Assembly: GCA_963790205.1 (NCBI GenBank)
Contig: CAWBNQ010000003.1
Span: 256,001 to 320,000 of the forward strand
Length of the DNA stretch: 64,000 nt
Origin: Nitrospirota bacterium
Lineage (GTDB): Bacteria > Nitrospirota > UBA9217
Direction: 5' to 3'
The notes under the pieces are model-generated. The model made no database searches. It had not been told where the DNA came from and was given only the letters and a program-made list of their open reading frames with translations. Position numbers and translations under genes: made by a program. Within the stretch, counting starts at the first letter, position 1, and every line of letters starts with the position of its first letter. Shown here piece by piece: positions 41,970 through 50,173 of the stretch.

Positions 41970-42110
41970 TAAGCGTCATGAATATTCATGACCGGCACGG
42001 CACGAACAAAGCGACTTGAATCCTACGAGTACATATCGTGAAATTAAATGGTTATTATTACAGTAAGTTATGGCAAAAAATTGAATTGCCATAGCCTTAA
42101 TTCACAATAT

Positions 42111-42126
42111 TGGCATTTGTTGTGCA
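42111..42126 (+). promoter_or_regulatory. Sigma54 promoter of octaheme cytochrome 1
   Basis: TGGCATTTGTTGTGCA (GG-N10-GC). Confidence 0.7.
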
Positions 42127-42140
42127 TAATACTTAACAGA

Positions 42141-42346
42141 AAATGATGCCACAGTCTTTTCCCCCGATTTGATGTGGCTTTCATTTATCGTTATGGCAGG
42201 CTAAGAAAAGAGTTGCAAGGAGGAAATCTATTCAGGGTAAAGCATTTGGAATAGATGAAAGCTGTGCGTAACGCAGTTGTCGGGCCGGTTTGAACAGGGC
42301 CTGATTACTAGGGTTAAAATCCTCAACAATCAAAAGGAGAAGTAAC
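42141..42346 (+). ncRNA. Candidate structured 5' leader (copy 1)
   Basis: Stem AAATGA-T-GCCACA...TGTGGC-TT-TCATTT with C-rich loop, conserved upstream of paralog 2 (from 49982). Confidence 0.45.
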
Positions 42347-45300
42347 ATGTATGTAAAAAAGAACTTTATTTTTTGGCTAGCCGCGCTTGCCCTGGTCATT
42401 CCGCTTTTCATTGCGGGCACCGCCAGCGCAAAGTATATGAGCGACGGCGCCGTGCAGAACGCCACGAACGGCGGCTGGAACACGCCGAATGACATGATAT
42501 GTATCGTCGGCGTGCATACTGACGGCACGCTGGATATCGCTGACGGCGTAACGAACGCCAGGGATTGCATCTATCTCCAGACAGGAACCATGAATGGCGG
42601 GACAGCCTTCGACCTGACTGGCATGACTACGTCCGCTGCGTGTACAACCGCAGGCGGAACAGGAAACGACGGCGCGAAGCATTCCTGGGCAACCAGCTTC
42701 TGCACCAAATCCCTGAAGGGTCTGGACAGGACCCAGCAGATGTGCCAGGGCATCGGTGGCACCTGGGTAACTACCGGTAAGTGCGTTGCCTACGGCAGAC
42801 AGTTCAAGGGCCAGGATGCAAGCGGCACGCCTTTGGCCATTGGCACAAAGGGTACAACGCAAGGAGCGGGCACGGGCTATTGCTATACGACCATGAACAT
42901 GACCACATCGTATGGTACGACGACGGTTCCCGGCGGCACGACTGGCACAATATGTCCTGCTGGCAGCACGAACTCGTCGACTGCCTATGACTGGGCATAC
43001 AGCAGCAGCAAGTGCACCTATGCCAAGGGTATTGCCGGTTATTTGAACGCGGCGCTTACCAAGGCTGACGGCAGCACCTATGCCGCCAATTCTTACCTCG
43101 ATCTGAGCCTGTTCAACACGATGGGCGACTGCCTCGCGGCCGGCGCTTCGTGGGCCAACTGGACCGGCCAGGCAGCTTCGACAACTTCCATTCCCACGAC
43201 CCCGTCGGCTTCCACAATACCGGCGTGGGTTTATAACACGAACACGCCTGACGCTGACAACGGCTGCCTCCATTGCCACAGCAGCCTGACCGAGTACAAC
43301 GGCCCTGCCGAGAGAGAGAAAGACAGCTATGTCAAGACCGGCCACAAGAACATGCTGAGAGCAGTCAAAGCCGGCATGCCTTGGGCGGGTCCGGACGGCG
43401 TGGCGTACACGACCGACGGCGCCAACACCATCAACTTCATGACCACGTCCGATTCGTATGCGAAGATCACGGTGGGCGGCGTAGACCAGAACCTTTATTA
43501 TATCTACGGCGACTGGATGGCCGCGCTTCCGACAACGGTCTACGGGACGAACGGCTACTCGTCAGCCCCGACGGGATCCAACAATGGTTACACCTGCTAT
43601 GCGTGCCATGCTACAGGCGCGAGTGACAGTTCCGGTCCCGTCCCCGGCGTGCAGTCGATCGGCACTTCCGGATACGCCGGGATTGAGCCGCAGGCCACGT
43701 TCCCGGGAATCAGTTTTGCTAATAACCCGAAATGGGACTTGGACGGCATTCAGTGTTCACGGTGCCATAATGCGACGGTCGCGCCGATATCTGCGACACA
43801 GATCGCGGCATCCAGCTTCAAGACCACCGCTCCCACCAGCGGAGGCATGGGCGCGCTTGCTTCAGGCACCGGCAGGAACAACCTCTGCTTCGGCTGCCAC
43901 CAGAGCATCGACAAGGCCTGGCCGGCCGGCACAGCGCAGTACGATCCCACGAAGATCCCGGTCGGCGTAAGCCACGGGGCGCAGTATGGACGTGAATTCA
44001 ACGGCCATGTGCTGGGCAACTCCTTCCTGAACAGCGTGCACGCAGAGTACGCGGGCGCCCAGAGCGGCAACGGATCGATCACGTTGAACGCCCTCGGGAA
44101 GTACGATCTGACCGACCCCAACGGGACCTCAGAGTACGGCAGCTCCTTCCAGGGCTTCACCTGCTGGCAGTCGTCCACCGGCAACAGCCCGGCGAAGACC
44201 AAGGCTGACGGCACGGAAATAAAGACCAAGTCAGACTGCGAAACCCTCTACGGTGCAGGGACGTGGAGAGCAGACGCCTCCGGCGATCTGGGTACCGTGC
44301 AGGGCTCCTGCAGCACCTGCCACGACGTTCATAACAGTCTCTTTGTCGCTTCTCAGAAAGAAGCGGCAATGAGAAAGACGTGCGAGGATTGCCATGTTAA
44401 CAACGCCACGACCGGCGCGACCATCAGCTCCGTTCCGACGGCGTCGGTCATACGCCATCCGTCGGGCTCGGGCACGCCGTTCGATGCTGCCAAATATGAC
44501 AGTGCGTGCGTGGTCTGCCATATGGCCTCGCAGGCAGAGGAGAACGGGGACCAGGTTTCCATGCCGGTGCATGTCTGGAGGATCAACACCAACGCATCCT
44601 ACAACACGTTCCCGACCATGGCCCAGTTCTACGGCGGGTCCTGCAGCGTACACACCGGCCCGGTCCAGAATGCTCCCAGCAAGCCGGTTGTCTACCTGTC
44701 CGACGTCGCTGCCGCTAATTCGTCGTGTACCGCCGCAGGCACCCCTTCCGTGTGCTGCACGGGTAATAAGACGGGAACCTGCGTTGATGCGTCCAATTGC
44801 ACTGCGGCTTCCGGCACCTGGACTGCTGCGACAAAGAACAGATCAGCTCAAACCGCGCCTGATGGTTCTTACACGAACGCGGTCTGGGTCGATCTCGACC
44901 TCGCGTGCGGCCAGTGCCATGGCGGCTCGCTCGGCACCAGCGCAACGCACAACGGAGCGCTGTATATCTCCAAGGCGGCGCTTGCCGCGGCTGCAACCGG
45001 CATGCACAGCGCCGGCGTAGTGAGCCAGCCGACGGCCAGCACTCCCGTGGTGTCGCATGGCACGGTTACCGTGACCGCCTGGACGGTAAGCTTCGCCGAC
45101 ACGTCAACCTCCGGGGACGGGACCACGCCCAACGTAAATGTGAACTGGGGTGATGGAAACTACAACCACGGAGTTGCCGGCGATGTCTTCACCCATACGT
45201 ACGCGAGCACGCGGGCGAGAAGCTACACCATTAATCATGTGGCCATCAGCTCCGTGAATTCGAGGCTGGTCTCCACACCTGCAGATAGGTTCTCGGTCAA

Positions 45301-45568
45301 CGTGCCCCAGCGCTACACGATATCGGGCATCATCACGACCAGCACGGGCACCACGCCGATGGCGAACGCGTATGTGTTCCTGAAGGCGGGCACCCGCACG
45401 GTGCAGTACCATAAGACGGACGCGACCGGTACCTTCAGCTTCTCGAAAGTTCTTCCGGGCAACTACGCGGTCCATGTGTACAAGTTCGGGACCACCTTCG
45501 GGACCGACGCCACGATCAGCGGCCTGAGCTCGGATCAGTCGCTGACCATCAGCTCGATAACACCGTAA
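42347..45568 (+). CDS. Secreted octaheme cytochrome c, paralog 1 (Cys-rich N-terminus; C-terminal PKD-like and CarboxypepD_reg-like domains)
   Basis: SD AAGGAG; signal peptide ending TASA; 8 CxxCH (CLHCH, CYACH, CSRCH, CFGCH, CSTCH, CEDCH, CVVCH, CGQCH); VNWGDG..THTY; YTISG...GNYAV. Confidence 0.92.
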   Translation: MYVKKNFIFWLAALALVIPLFIAGTASAKYMSDGAVQNATNGGWNTPNDMICIVGVHTDGTLDIADGVTNARDCIYLQTGTMNGGTAFDLTGMTTSAACTTAGGTGNDGAKHSWATSFCTKSLKGLDRTQQMCQGIGGTWVTTGKCVAYGRQFKGQDASGTPLAIGTKGTTQGAGTGYCYTTMNMTTSYGTTTVPGGTTGTICPAGSTNSSTAYDWAYSSSKCTYAKGIAGYLNAALTKADGSTYAANSYLDLSLFNTMGDCLAAGASWANWTGQAASTTSIPTTPSASTIPAWVYNTNTPDADNGCLHCHSSLTEYNGPAEREKDSYVKTGHKNMLRAVKAGMPWAGPDGVAYTTDGANTINFMTTSDSYAKITVGGVDQNLYYIYGDWMAALPTTVYGTNGYSSAPTGSNNGYTCYACHATGASDSSGPVPGVQSIGTSGYAGIEPQATFPGISFANNPKWDLDGIQCSRCHNATVAPISATQIAASSFKTTAPTSGGMGALASGTGRNNLCFGCHQSIDKAWPAGTAQYDPTKIPVGVSHGAQYGREFNGHVLGNSFLNSVHAEYAGAQSGNGSITLNALGKYDLTDPNGTSEYGSSFQGFTCWQSSTGNSPAKTKADGTEIKTKSDCETLYGAGTWRADASGDLGTVQGSCSTCHDVHNSLFVASQKEAAMRKTCEDCHVNNATTGATISSVPTASVIRHPSGSGTPFDAAKYDSACVVCHMASQAEENGDQVSMPVHVWRINTNASYNTFPTMAQFYGGSCSVHTGPVQNAPSKPVVYLSDVAAANSSCTAAGTPSVCCTGNKTGTCVDASNCTAASGTWTAATKNRSAQTAPDGSYTNAVWVDLDLACGQCHGGSLGTSATHNGALYISKAALAAAATGMHSAGVVSQPTASTPVVSHGTVTVTAWTVSFADTSTSGDGTTPNVNVNWGDGNYNHGVAGDVFTHTYASTRARSYTINHVAISSVNSRLVSTPADRFSVNVPQRYTISGIITTSTGTTPMANAYVFLKAGTRTVQYHKTDATGTFSFSKVLPGNYAVHVYKFGTTFGTDATISGLSSDQSLTISSITP

Positions 45569-45592
45569 GAAGCACCATCTTCACCGCATCAA

Positions 45593-45631
45593 ACAGGCAG
45601 GCGGGTTTCTCCCGCCTGCCTGTTCTTTTTT
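45593..45631 (+). terminator. Intrinsic terminator after paralog 1 (also at 53378-53416 and 58012-58049)
   Basis: ACAGGCAGGCGGG-tttct-CCCGCCTGCCTGT-TCTTTTTT. Confidence 0.9.
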
Positions 45632-45668
45632 CAACGGACCTCCCCGCGGCTAAAGCGCGGACTTGTGC

Positions 45669-45697
45669 TTGCGAAGCCCGCGAGGGAAGGATATAAT
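45669..45697 (+). promoter_or_regulatory. Sigma70-type promoter of the SurA-like gene (duplicated at 53454-53482)
   Basis: TTGCGA-N17-TATAAT. Confidence 0.6.
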
Positions 45698-45729
45698 TCA
45701 AGGGAACGACGATAGAAAGAGGAGCTGGA

Positions 45730-46473
45730 ATGAGAAAACGCACACTCGTAACGATCATACTGGTATTTTTGGTCTCGCACCTGGCGCTCGTCTCGTGCAA
45801 AAAAACGGAGACCGCGGGCGTAGCGCCGTCAGCGGAGGAAGCGCACCGGACGGCGATGCTGGAAAAAAGCTTTGCAGAATCGAAAAAAGTGGTTGCCGCC
45901 CGGGTCAACGGAGAGGCCATTACCCTGTTCACCCTTTTTCGGGAGATGAACGCGCTTGCCCCCCGATACCTGGGCGCCGGCGGCCAGAGGACCCCGGAAC
46001 TCGACAAGAAGATCAGGAGCGAAGCGCTCGACATAGTAATCTTCGAGGAGCTGGCCGTGGAGGAGGCGAGAAAGCGCGGCATGAAGGCGGCGCCGGAAGC
46101 GATAGAGGGCGAGATAAGGAAAATAAAAGCGAGCACAGGCTCTCCAGCCGGTTTCCAGGAGTATCTCGACAAGAACGGCCTTACGGAAGGGGAACTCCGC
46201 AAGACGCTGGAGCAGGACGCCCTGTTTGAAATGATCGCCACGCAGGAGATCGACGCGAAGATAACGGTAACCGATGCGGCCCTCAGGGCGCGCTATAAAA
46301 AAGAAAAGACCGGACTGAAAGACGCCGCCCACCGGCAAATGACGTTTGAGGAGTCGAAAGGAATGCTTGAGCAGAAGGTCAGGGCCGAGGCGGCGGAAAA
46401 GAGGATGCGGGAGTGGGAAAAGGAACTGAGAAAAAACGCCCGCATCGAGCTCGTCGGGCAAAAGCGTGGTTGA
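45730..46473 (+). CDS. SurA N-terminal-domain chaperone lipoprotein, copy 1
   Basis: SD GAGGAG; lipobox LVSC; AARVNGEAIT, FEELAVEEARKRG, LRKNARIE; no rotamase domain. Confidence 0.85.
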   Translation: MRKRTLVTIILVFLVSHLALVSCKKTETAGVAPSAEEAHRTAMLEKSFAESKKVVAARVNGEAITLFTLFREMNALAPRYLGAGGQRTPELDKKIRSEALDIVIFEELAVEEARKRGMKAAPEAIEGEIRKIKASTGSPAGFQEYLDKNGLTEGELRKTLEQDALFEMIATQEIDAKITVTDAALRARYKKEKTGLKDAAHRQMTFEESKGMLEQKVRAEAAEKRMREWEKELRKNARIELVGQKRG

Positions 46474-46819
46474 GCAGGGAAAATTCCTTGGACGCGGGTC
46501 CCCGCTAAAATATTCGAGCAAGGGGTTTCGCGGACGAACGCGGACCGGTCCCTTGTATCCTTAAAAAACCATTACCACCCCTCGCCTTGTTCCATTCCCC
46601 GGAGGGAAGAGACCCCGGCGCTCATCCCGGCGCCGGCTTCGGTCCCTCAAACAACGCCCCGGTAATTGCCCTTGCGGGCAGTCCCGCTCCGTGGTATGAT
46701 ACCGCACTTATCGCGCACGGGACGCGGCCGGACGGGCCGCGGAAGAGTTGACATCATTCCCGGCGGACAGGGGCCCATTTCCGCCCTTTGCCGATGAACC
46801 ACTCTGATTTTTAGTGACT

Positions 46820-48241
46820 ATGATCAATCCCTTTCCGACCATCCATCCGGTTTACCTGATCTACTTTTTCGGCGGGGCGGCCTTCCTTTTTTTGAGCTTC
46901 TCCATCGGCACAAAGAACATGCAGGGGAGCGACCTGCGGATCGCGGACAGCCTGTGGCTGCTGGCGATCTTCGGCTTTATCCATGGTCTCCGTGAGTGGC
47001 TGGAGATATACCCGCTGCTCGAGGGAGTGCATTTGGGCCGGGAGGAAATATTTGCCATAGAGCTCATTTCCTCCGCCCTGTTGATCGTCTCGTTCATGTT
47101 CCTCCTGCAGTTCGGCTTGTCGCTCTCCCTTGATACGAGGCTCAAACGGGTGAAGTGGACCGTGGGGACCTACGCCGCTCTCTGCTTTATCTGGATTTTT
47201 TTCATGGAGCTGCGCGGTTTCAGCTCTGACCTGCTGATCGTGCGGCAGGTGCAGACCGGCGCGCGGAACACCTTCGGCCTCATCGGGGGATTTGTAACCG
47301 CCTATGGAATGATCATGTATTCGTATTCCCGCGAAATAAAGAACTTACATCATTCCATTTCACGCAATCTCTCTTACGCGGGGTGGGCCTTTGCCGGTTA
47401 TGCTTTTTTGACGACTACTTTTTTCTCCCGTATCGCCGGTACCTACGCCCCCTACTCGAAGGAGATCTTCCGCGGGGGCGCGGCTGTTCTTATAGCGTAC
47501 TTTATCATCAAGGCATTGAACATTTTCGACATCGAAATGAGGAGCAAGGCCGGGGACCAGGCGAGACGGCTTGTGCAGTCCGAGAAGCTGGCTTCGCTGG
47601 GGCAGCTCGCCGCGGGCATCGCCCATGAGATAAACAATCCATTGACCAACGCGTCCCTGGGGATCCAGTTGCTCAGGAAGCGGCTGGGCGATCCCGGGCG
47701 GGCGATCGTGGAACAGATCAAGGCCGTGGAGAAGAACATAGACCGCGCGGCCGCGATCGCGCAGGAGCTCCTGCAGTTCTCCCGCCGGCAAGACATGGAG
47801 TTTCTTGCCCTGAATATCAACGAGGTCATCGTCAACGCTCTTACGATGATGAAACATAGACTGGACAGGGTCGTCATTACGCAGGACCTGGCGCCGCTCC
47901 CCGCGGTCATGGGGGACCGGGGAAAGCTCGAGCAGGTCTTCATCAATATCCTGTCCAATGCACTGGAGGCCATGCCGGAAGGCGGCAGGCTTTCGATCTC
48001 CACCGTAGTGCGGGAGGGCATGATCGAAGCCCGCATCGCGGATACGGGGACCGGGATAGCACAAGAGAACGTATCGAGGGTCTTTGATCCTTTTTTCACG
48101 ACGAAAGAGGTCGGTTCGGGGACCGGACTCGGCCTTTACATATGCTACGGCATCATCAAACAGCATCACGGGCTCATAGAGCTTTCCAGCGCCCCCGGGC
48201 AGGGCGCCACGGTCACCGTGAAAATTCCAGCCAGGGAGTGA
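46820..48241 (+). CDS. Sensor histidine kinase with multi-TM N-terminal sensor (start 46814-46823)
   Basis: About 6-7 TMs with FGFIHGLREW; SEKLASLGQLAAGIAHEINNPL; NILSNA, DTGTGI, FFTTKEVGSGTGLGL. Confidence 0.92.
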   Translation: MINPFPTIHPVYLIYFFGGAAFLFLSFSIGTKNMQGSDLRIADSLWLLAIFGFIHGLREWLEIYPLLEGVHLGREEIFAIELISSALLIVSFMFLLQFGLSLSLDTRLKRVKWTVGTYAALCFIWIFFMELRGFSSDLLIVRQVQTGARNTFGLIGGFVTAYGMIMYSYSREIKNLHHSISRNLSYAGWAFAGYAFLTTTFFSRIAGTYAPYSKEIFRGGAAVLIAYFIIKALNIFDIEMRSKAGDQARRLVQSEKLASLGQLAAGIAHEINNPLTNASLGIQLLRKRLGDPGRAIVEQIKAVEKNIDRAAAIAQELLQFSRRQDMEFLALNINEVIVNALTMMKHRLDRVVITQDLAPLPAVMGDRGKLEQVFINILSNALEAMPEGGRLSISTVVREGMIEARIADTGTGIAQENVSRVFDPFFTTKEVGSGTGLGLYICYGIIKQHHGLIELSSAPGQGATVTVKIPARE

Positions 48242-48242
48242 T

Positions 48243-48893
48243 ATGACAAAGGTACTGATCGTAGACGACGAAAAAGAGTTCAGGACGTACCTCTCGGAGG
48301 CCGTGAGCGCGGCGGGGTACGAGGTGCAGCAGGCGTCCTCCGGCAGGGAGGCGGTCGACAAGGCGGCTGACGAGGATTTTGACGTGGTCCTGCTCGACCT
48401 GATCATGCCCAAAATGAGCGGCTCCGATGTCCTCGTCGAACTCAGAAGGGTGAGCCCGCGGTCGAGGGTCATCATGATCACGGCCTTTGCGAGCATAGAG
48501 AATGCGGTGGACGCCATAAAACGGGGGGCCACCGATTACCTGTCCAAGCCCTTTAAGATCGATGAGCTTCTGATGCGCATGAAGCGCGCTCTCGAAGAGG
48601 CGCGGGTCGAGCTCGGCACGGAGAAGGGGGATTTCGACGGCATCCTGGGCTCTCTGTCCAACCCCATCAGAAGGGCGATCATCCAGATGATATCGCTCAG
48701 AAACACCATGCGCCTCATGGACCTCGTCAGAGAGCTGAATATCTCCGATCATACGAAGGTGCTCTTTCATCTGAAAATGCTGAAGGAGGCGGGGGTCCTG
48801 GAACAGGGCCCGGATAAAGCCTATTTCCTCGCCAATCAGGGGAAAAAGACCCTTGCCTGTCTCCAGGTCCTCGAAAAACACCTCCTGGAATGA
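48243..48893 (+). CDS. Response regulator, REC plus ArsR-like winged HTH
   Basis: IVDDE, LDLIMP, KPF; C-terminal LSNPIRRAII..VLFHLKMLKEAG. Confidence 0.88.
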   Translation: MTKVLIVDDEKEFRTYLSEAVSAAGYEVQQASSGREAVDKAADEDFDVVLLDLIMPKMSGSDVLVELRRVSPRSRVIMITAFASIENAVDAIKRGATDYLSKPFKIDELLMRMKRALEEARVELGTEKGDFDGILGSLSNPIRRAIIQMISLRNTMRLMDLVRELNISDHTKVLFHLKMLKEAGVLEQGPDKAYFLANQGKKTLACLQVLEKHLLE

Positions 48894-48925
48894 ACCTGAC
48901 CCGGACAAGCCGGAAAAGCTTTTTA

Positions 48926-49022
48926 GCCACACAAGTCACAAAGAGCACAGAGGGAACCGAAACGGGAATAGTTTTAAATGCTTTCAAGCTTTTTTCTGAG
49001 CCATTTGTGCCTTTTGTGGCAA
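48926..49022. repeat. REP-like imperfect palindrome (CACAAAG/CACAGAG family; relatives at about 24807-24866 and 36283-36340)
   Basis: GCCACACAAGTCACAAAGAGCACAGA ... TTTGTGCCTTTTGTGGC. Confidence 0.5.
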
Positions 49023-49118
49023 AATATTTTTGCCGTCTTTGCGGGCGGGACGTACCAATGTGTATATAATTTCACATTAATATCATTTGATGTGATATAA
49101 GTTCACGAGAAATCCTTT

Positions 49119-49778
49119 ATGAAAAAAATCCTTATCATAGACGATGATGTTGAGTTCAGCGCGCTCCTTGCGCGGGTCGTGGCCGAAGCGGGGTATCAAT
49201 ACGACGTGGCAGCCTCATGCAGAGAGGCCCTGGAAAAGGCGGCCGCCGGAGACCACGATCTGGTCCTGCTCGACATGATCATGCCCGGGGGGAGCGGCGC
49301 CGACTGCCTGGCGGAACTGAGAACCAAGGACCCCCGGCTGAAGATAATCGTGGTCACCGCCTTCGCGACCATCCAGAACGCGGTGGAGGTCATAAAAAAA
49401 GGCGCGAGCGATTATCTGGCGAAACCCTTTAAAATAGAGGAGCTTCTGCGGGCCGTCCGGCGGGTGCTCGAGGAAGCGAGTTTTGAGAAACTGGGAGACA
49501 AGAAGGACTTCCACGGCATCCTGAGCTCCCTGGCCAACCCCGTCAGGTCGGAGATCATCCGGCTGCTTCACGCGAGAAAGAACGCGAGGCTCAGGGAGAT
49601 CGCGGAAGGGCTCGACCTGACGGACCGCGCCAAAGTGCTTTTTCATCTGAAAAAATTGCAGGACTCCGGCCTCGTGCAATACGATAAAGACCATACCTAT
49701 TCGCTCACGATCGTGGGCGACATATCCCTCGAATGCCTGAAGGTCATGGAAACCCACCTTTTTTCAGGCTTCAAATAA
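49119..49778 (+). CDS. Response regulator, REC plus ArsR-like winged HTH (paralog)
   Basis: IIDDD, LDMIMP, KPF; LANPVRSEII..VLFHLKKLQDSG. Confidence 0.88.
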   Translation: MKKILIIDDDVEFSALLARVVAEAGYQYDVAASCREALEKAAAGDHDLVLLDMIMPGGSGADCLAELRTKDPRLKIIVVTAFATIQNAVEVIKKGASDYLAKPFKIEELLRAVRRVLEEASFEKLGDKKDFHGILSSLANPVRSEIIRLLHARKNARLREIAEGLDLTDRAKVLFHLKKLQDSGLVQYDKDHTYSLTIVGDISLECLKVMETHLFSGFK

Positions 49779-49948
49779 CTCGTAACTCGTAACTCTGCGT
49801 GAATACTGCTTCACAGAAAACCTGAAAAAAAATAAATTAATCATACGCACGGCATTTGGCCCAGTATTGAGGTCATTTCGCGGTATGGCGGCCGGTCCTG
49901 GAAATCATCCGGGGTCATAACTGCCTGTACATTCACGCGCTTTTTGTT

Positions 49949-49964
49949 TGGCACTGCAAATGCA
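49949..49964 (+). promoter_or_regulatory. Sigma54 promoter of octaheme cytochrome 2
   Basis: TGGCACTGCAAATGCA. Confidence 0.72.
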
Positions 49965-49981
49965 TCACCCGGTATTGAAAA

Positions 49982-50173
49982 AAATGATGCCACAGTCCTT
50001 CCCCCGATTGATGTGGCTTTCATTTTGTTTATGGCAGGCTGAGACAAGAAGTACACAGCAGTAGTTATCAGGCCGGTATGAATCAGGATGAATCAGGCCT
50101 GATACACCCTGCTCCTGCGAAAACGCGGGCGCAGGCAAGGTTTAAAAACCTAAAAATCAAAAGGAGAAGCAAC
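49982..50173 (+). ncRNA. Candidate structured 5' leader (copy 2)
   Basis: Same first stem as 42141; second stem TATCAGGCC...GGCCTGATA; third stem CCTGCTCCTGCG-aaaa-CGCGGGCGCAGG. Confidence 0.45.

Larger units (their letters stand above)
45371..46460 (+). repeat. ~1.09-kb direct repeat copy A (copy B at 53156-54245, offset 7785)
   Basis: No differences seen by eye; ORFs in several frames translate identically in both copies. Confidence 0.9.

Noticed and set aside
41370..42346. GEMM (c-di-GMP/cGAMP) riboswitch upstream of cytochrome genes
   Set aside because: I looked for the GGxAAA..GAAA..GCAAA pattern in the leaders and found no convincing match; an Infernal search would be decisive
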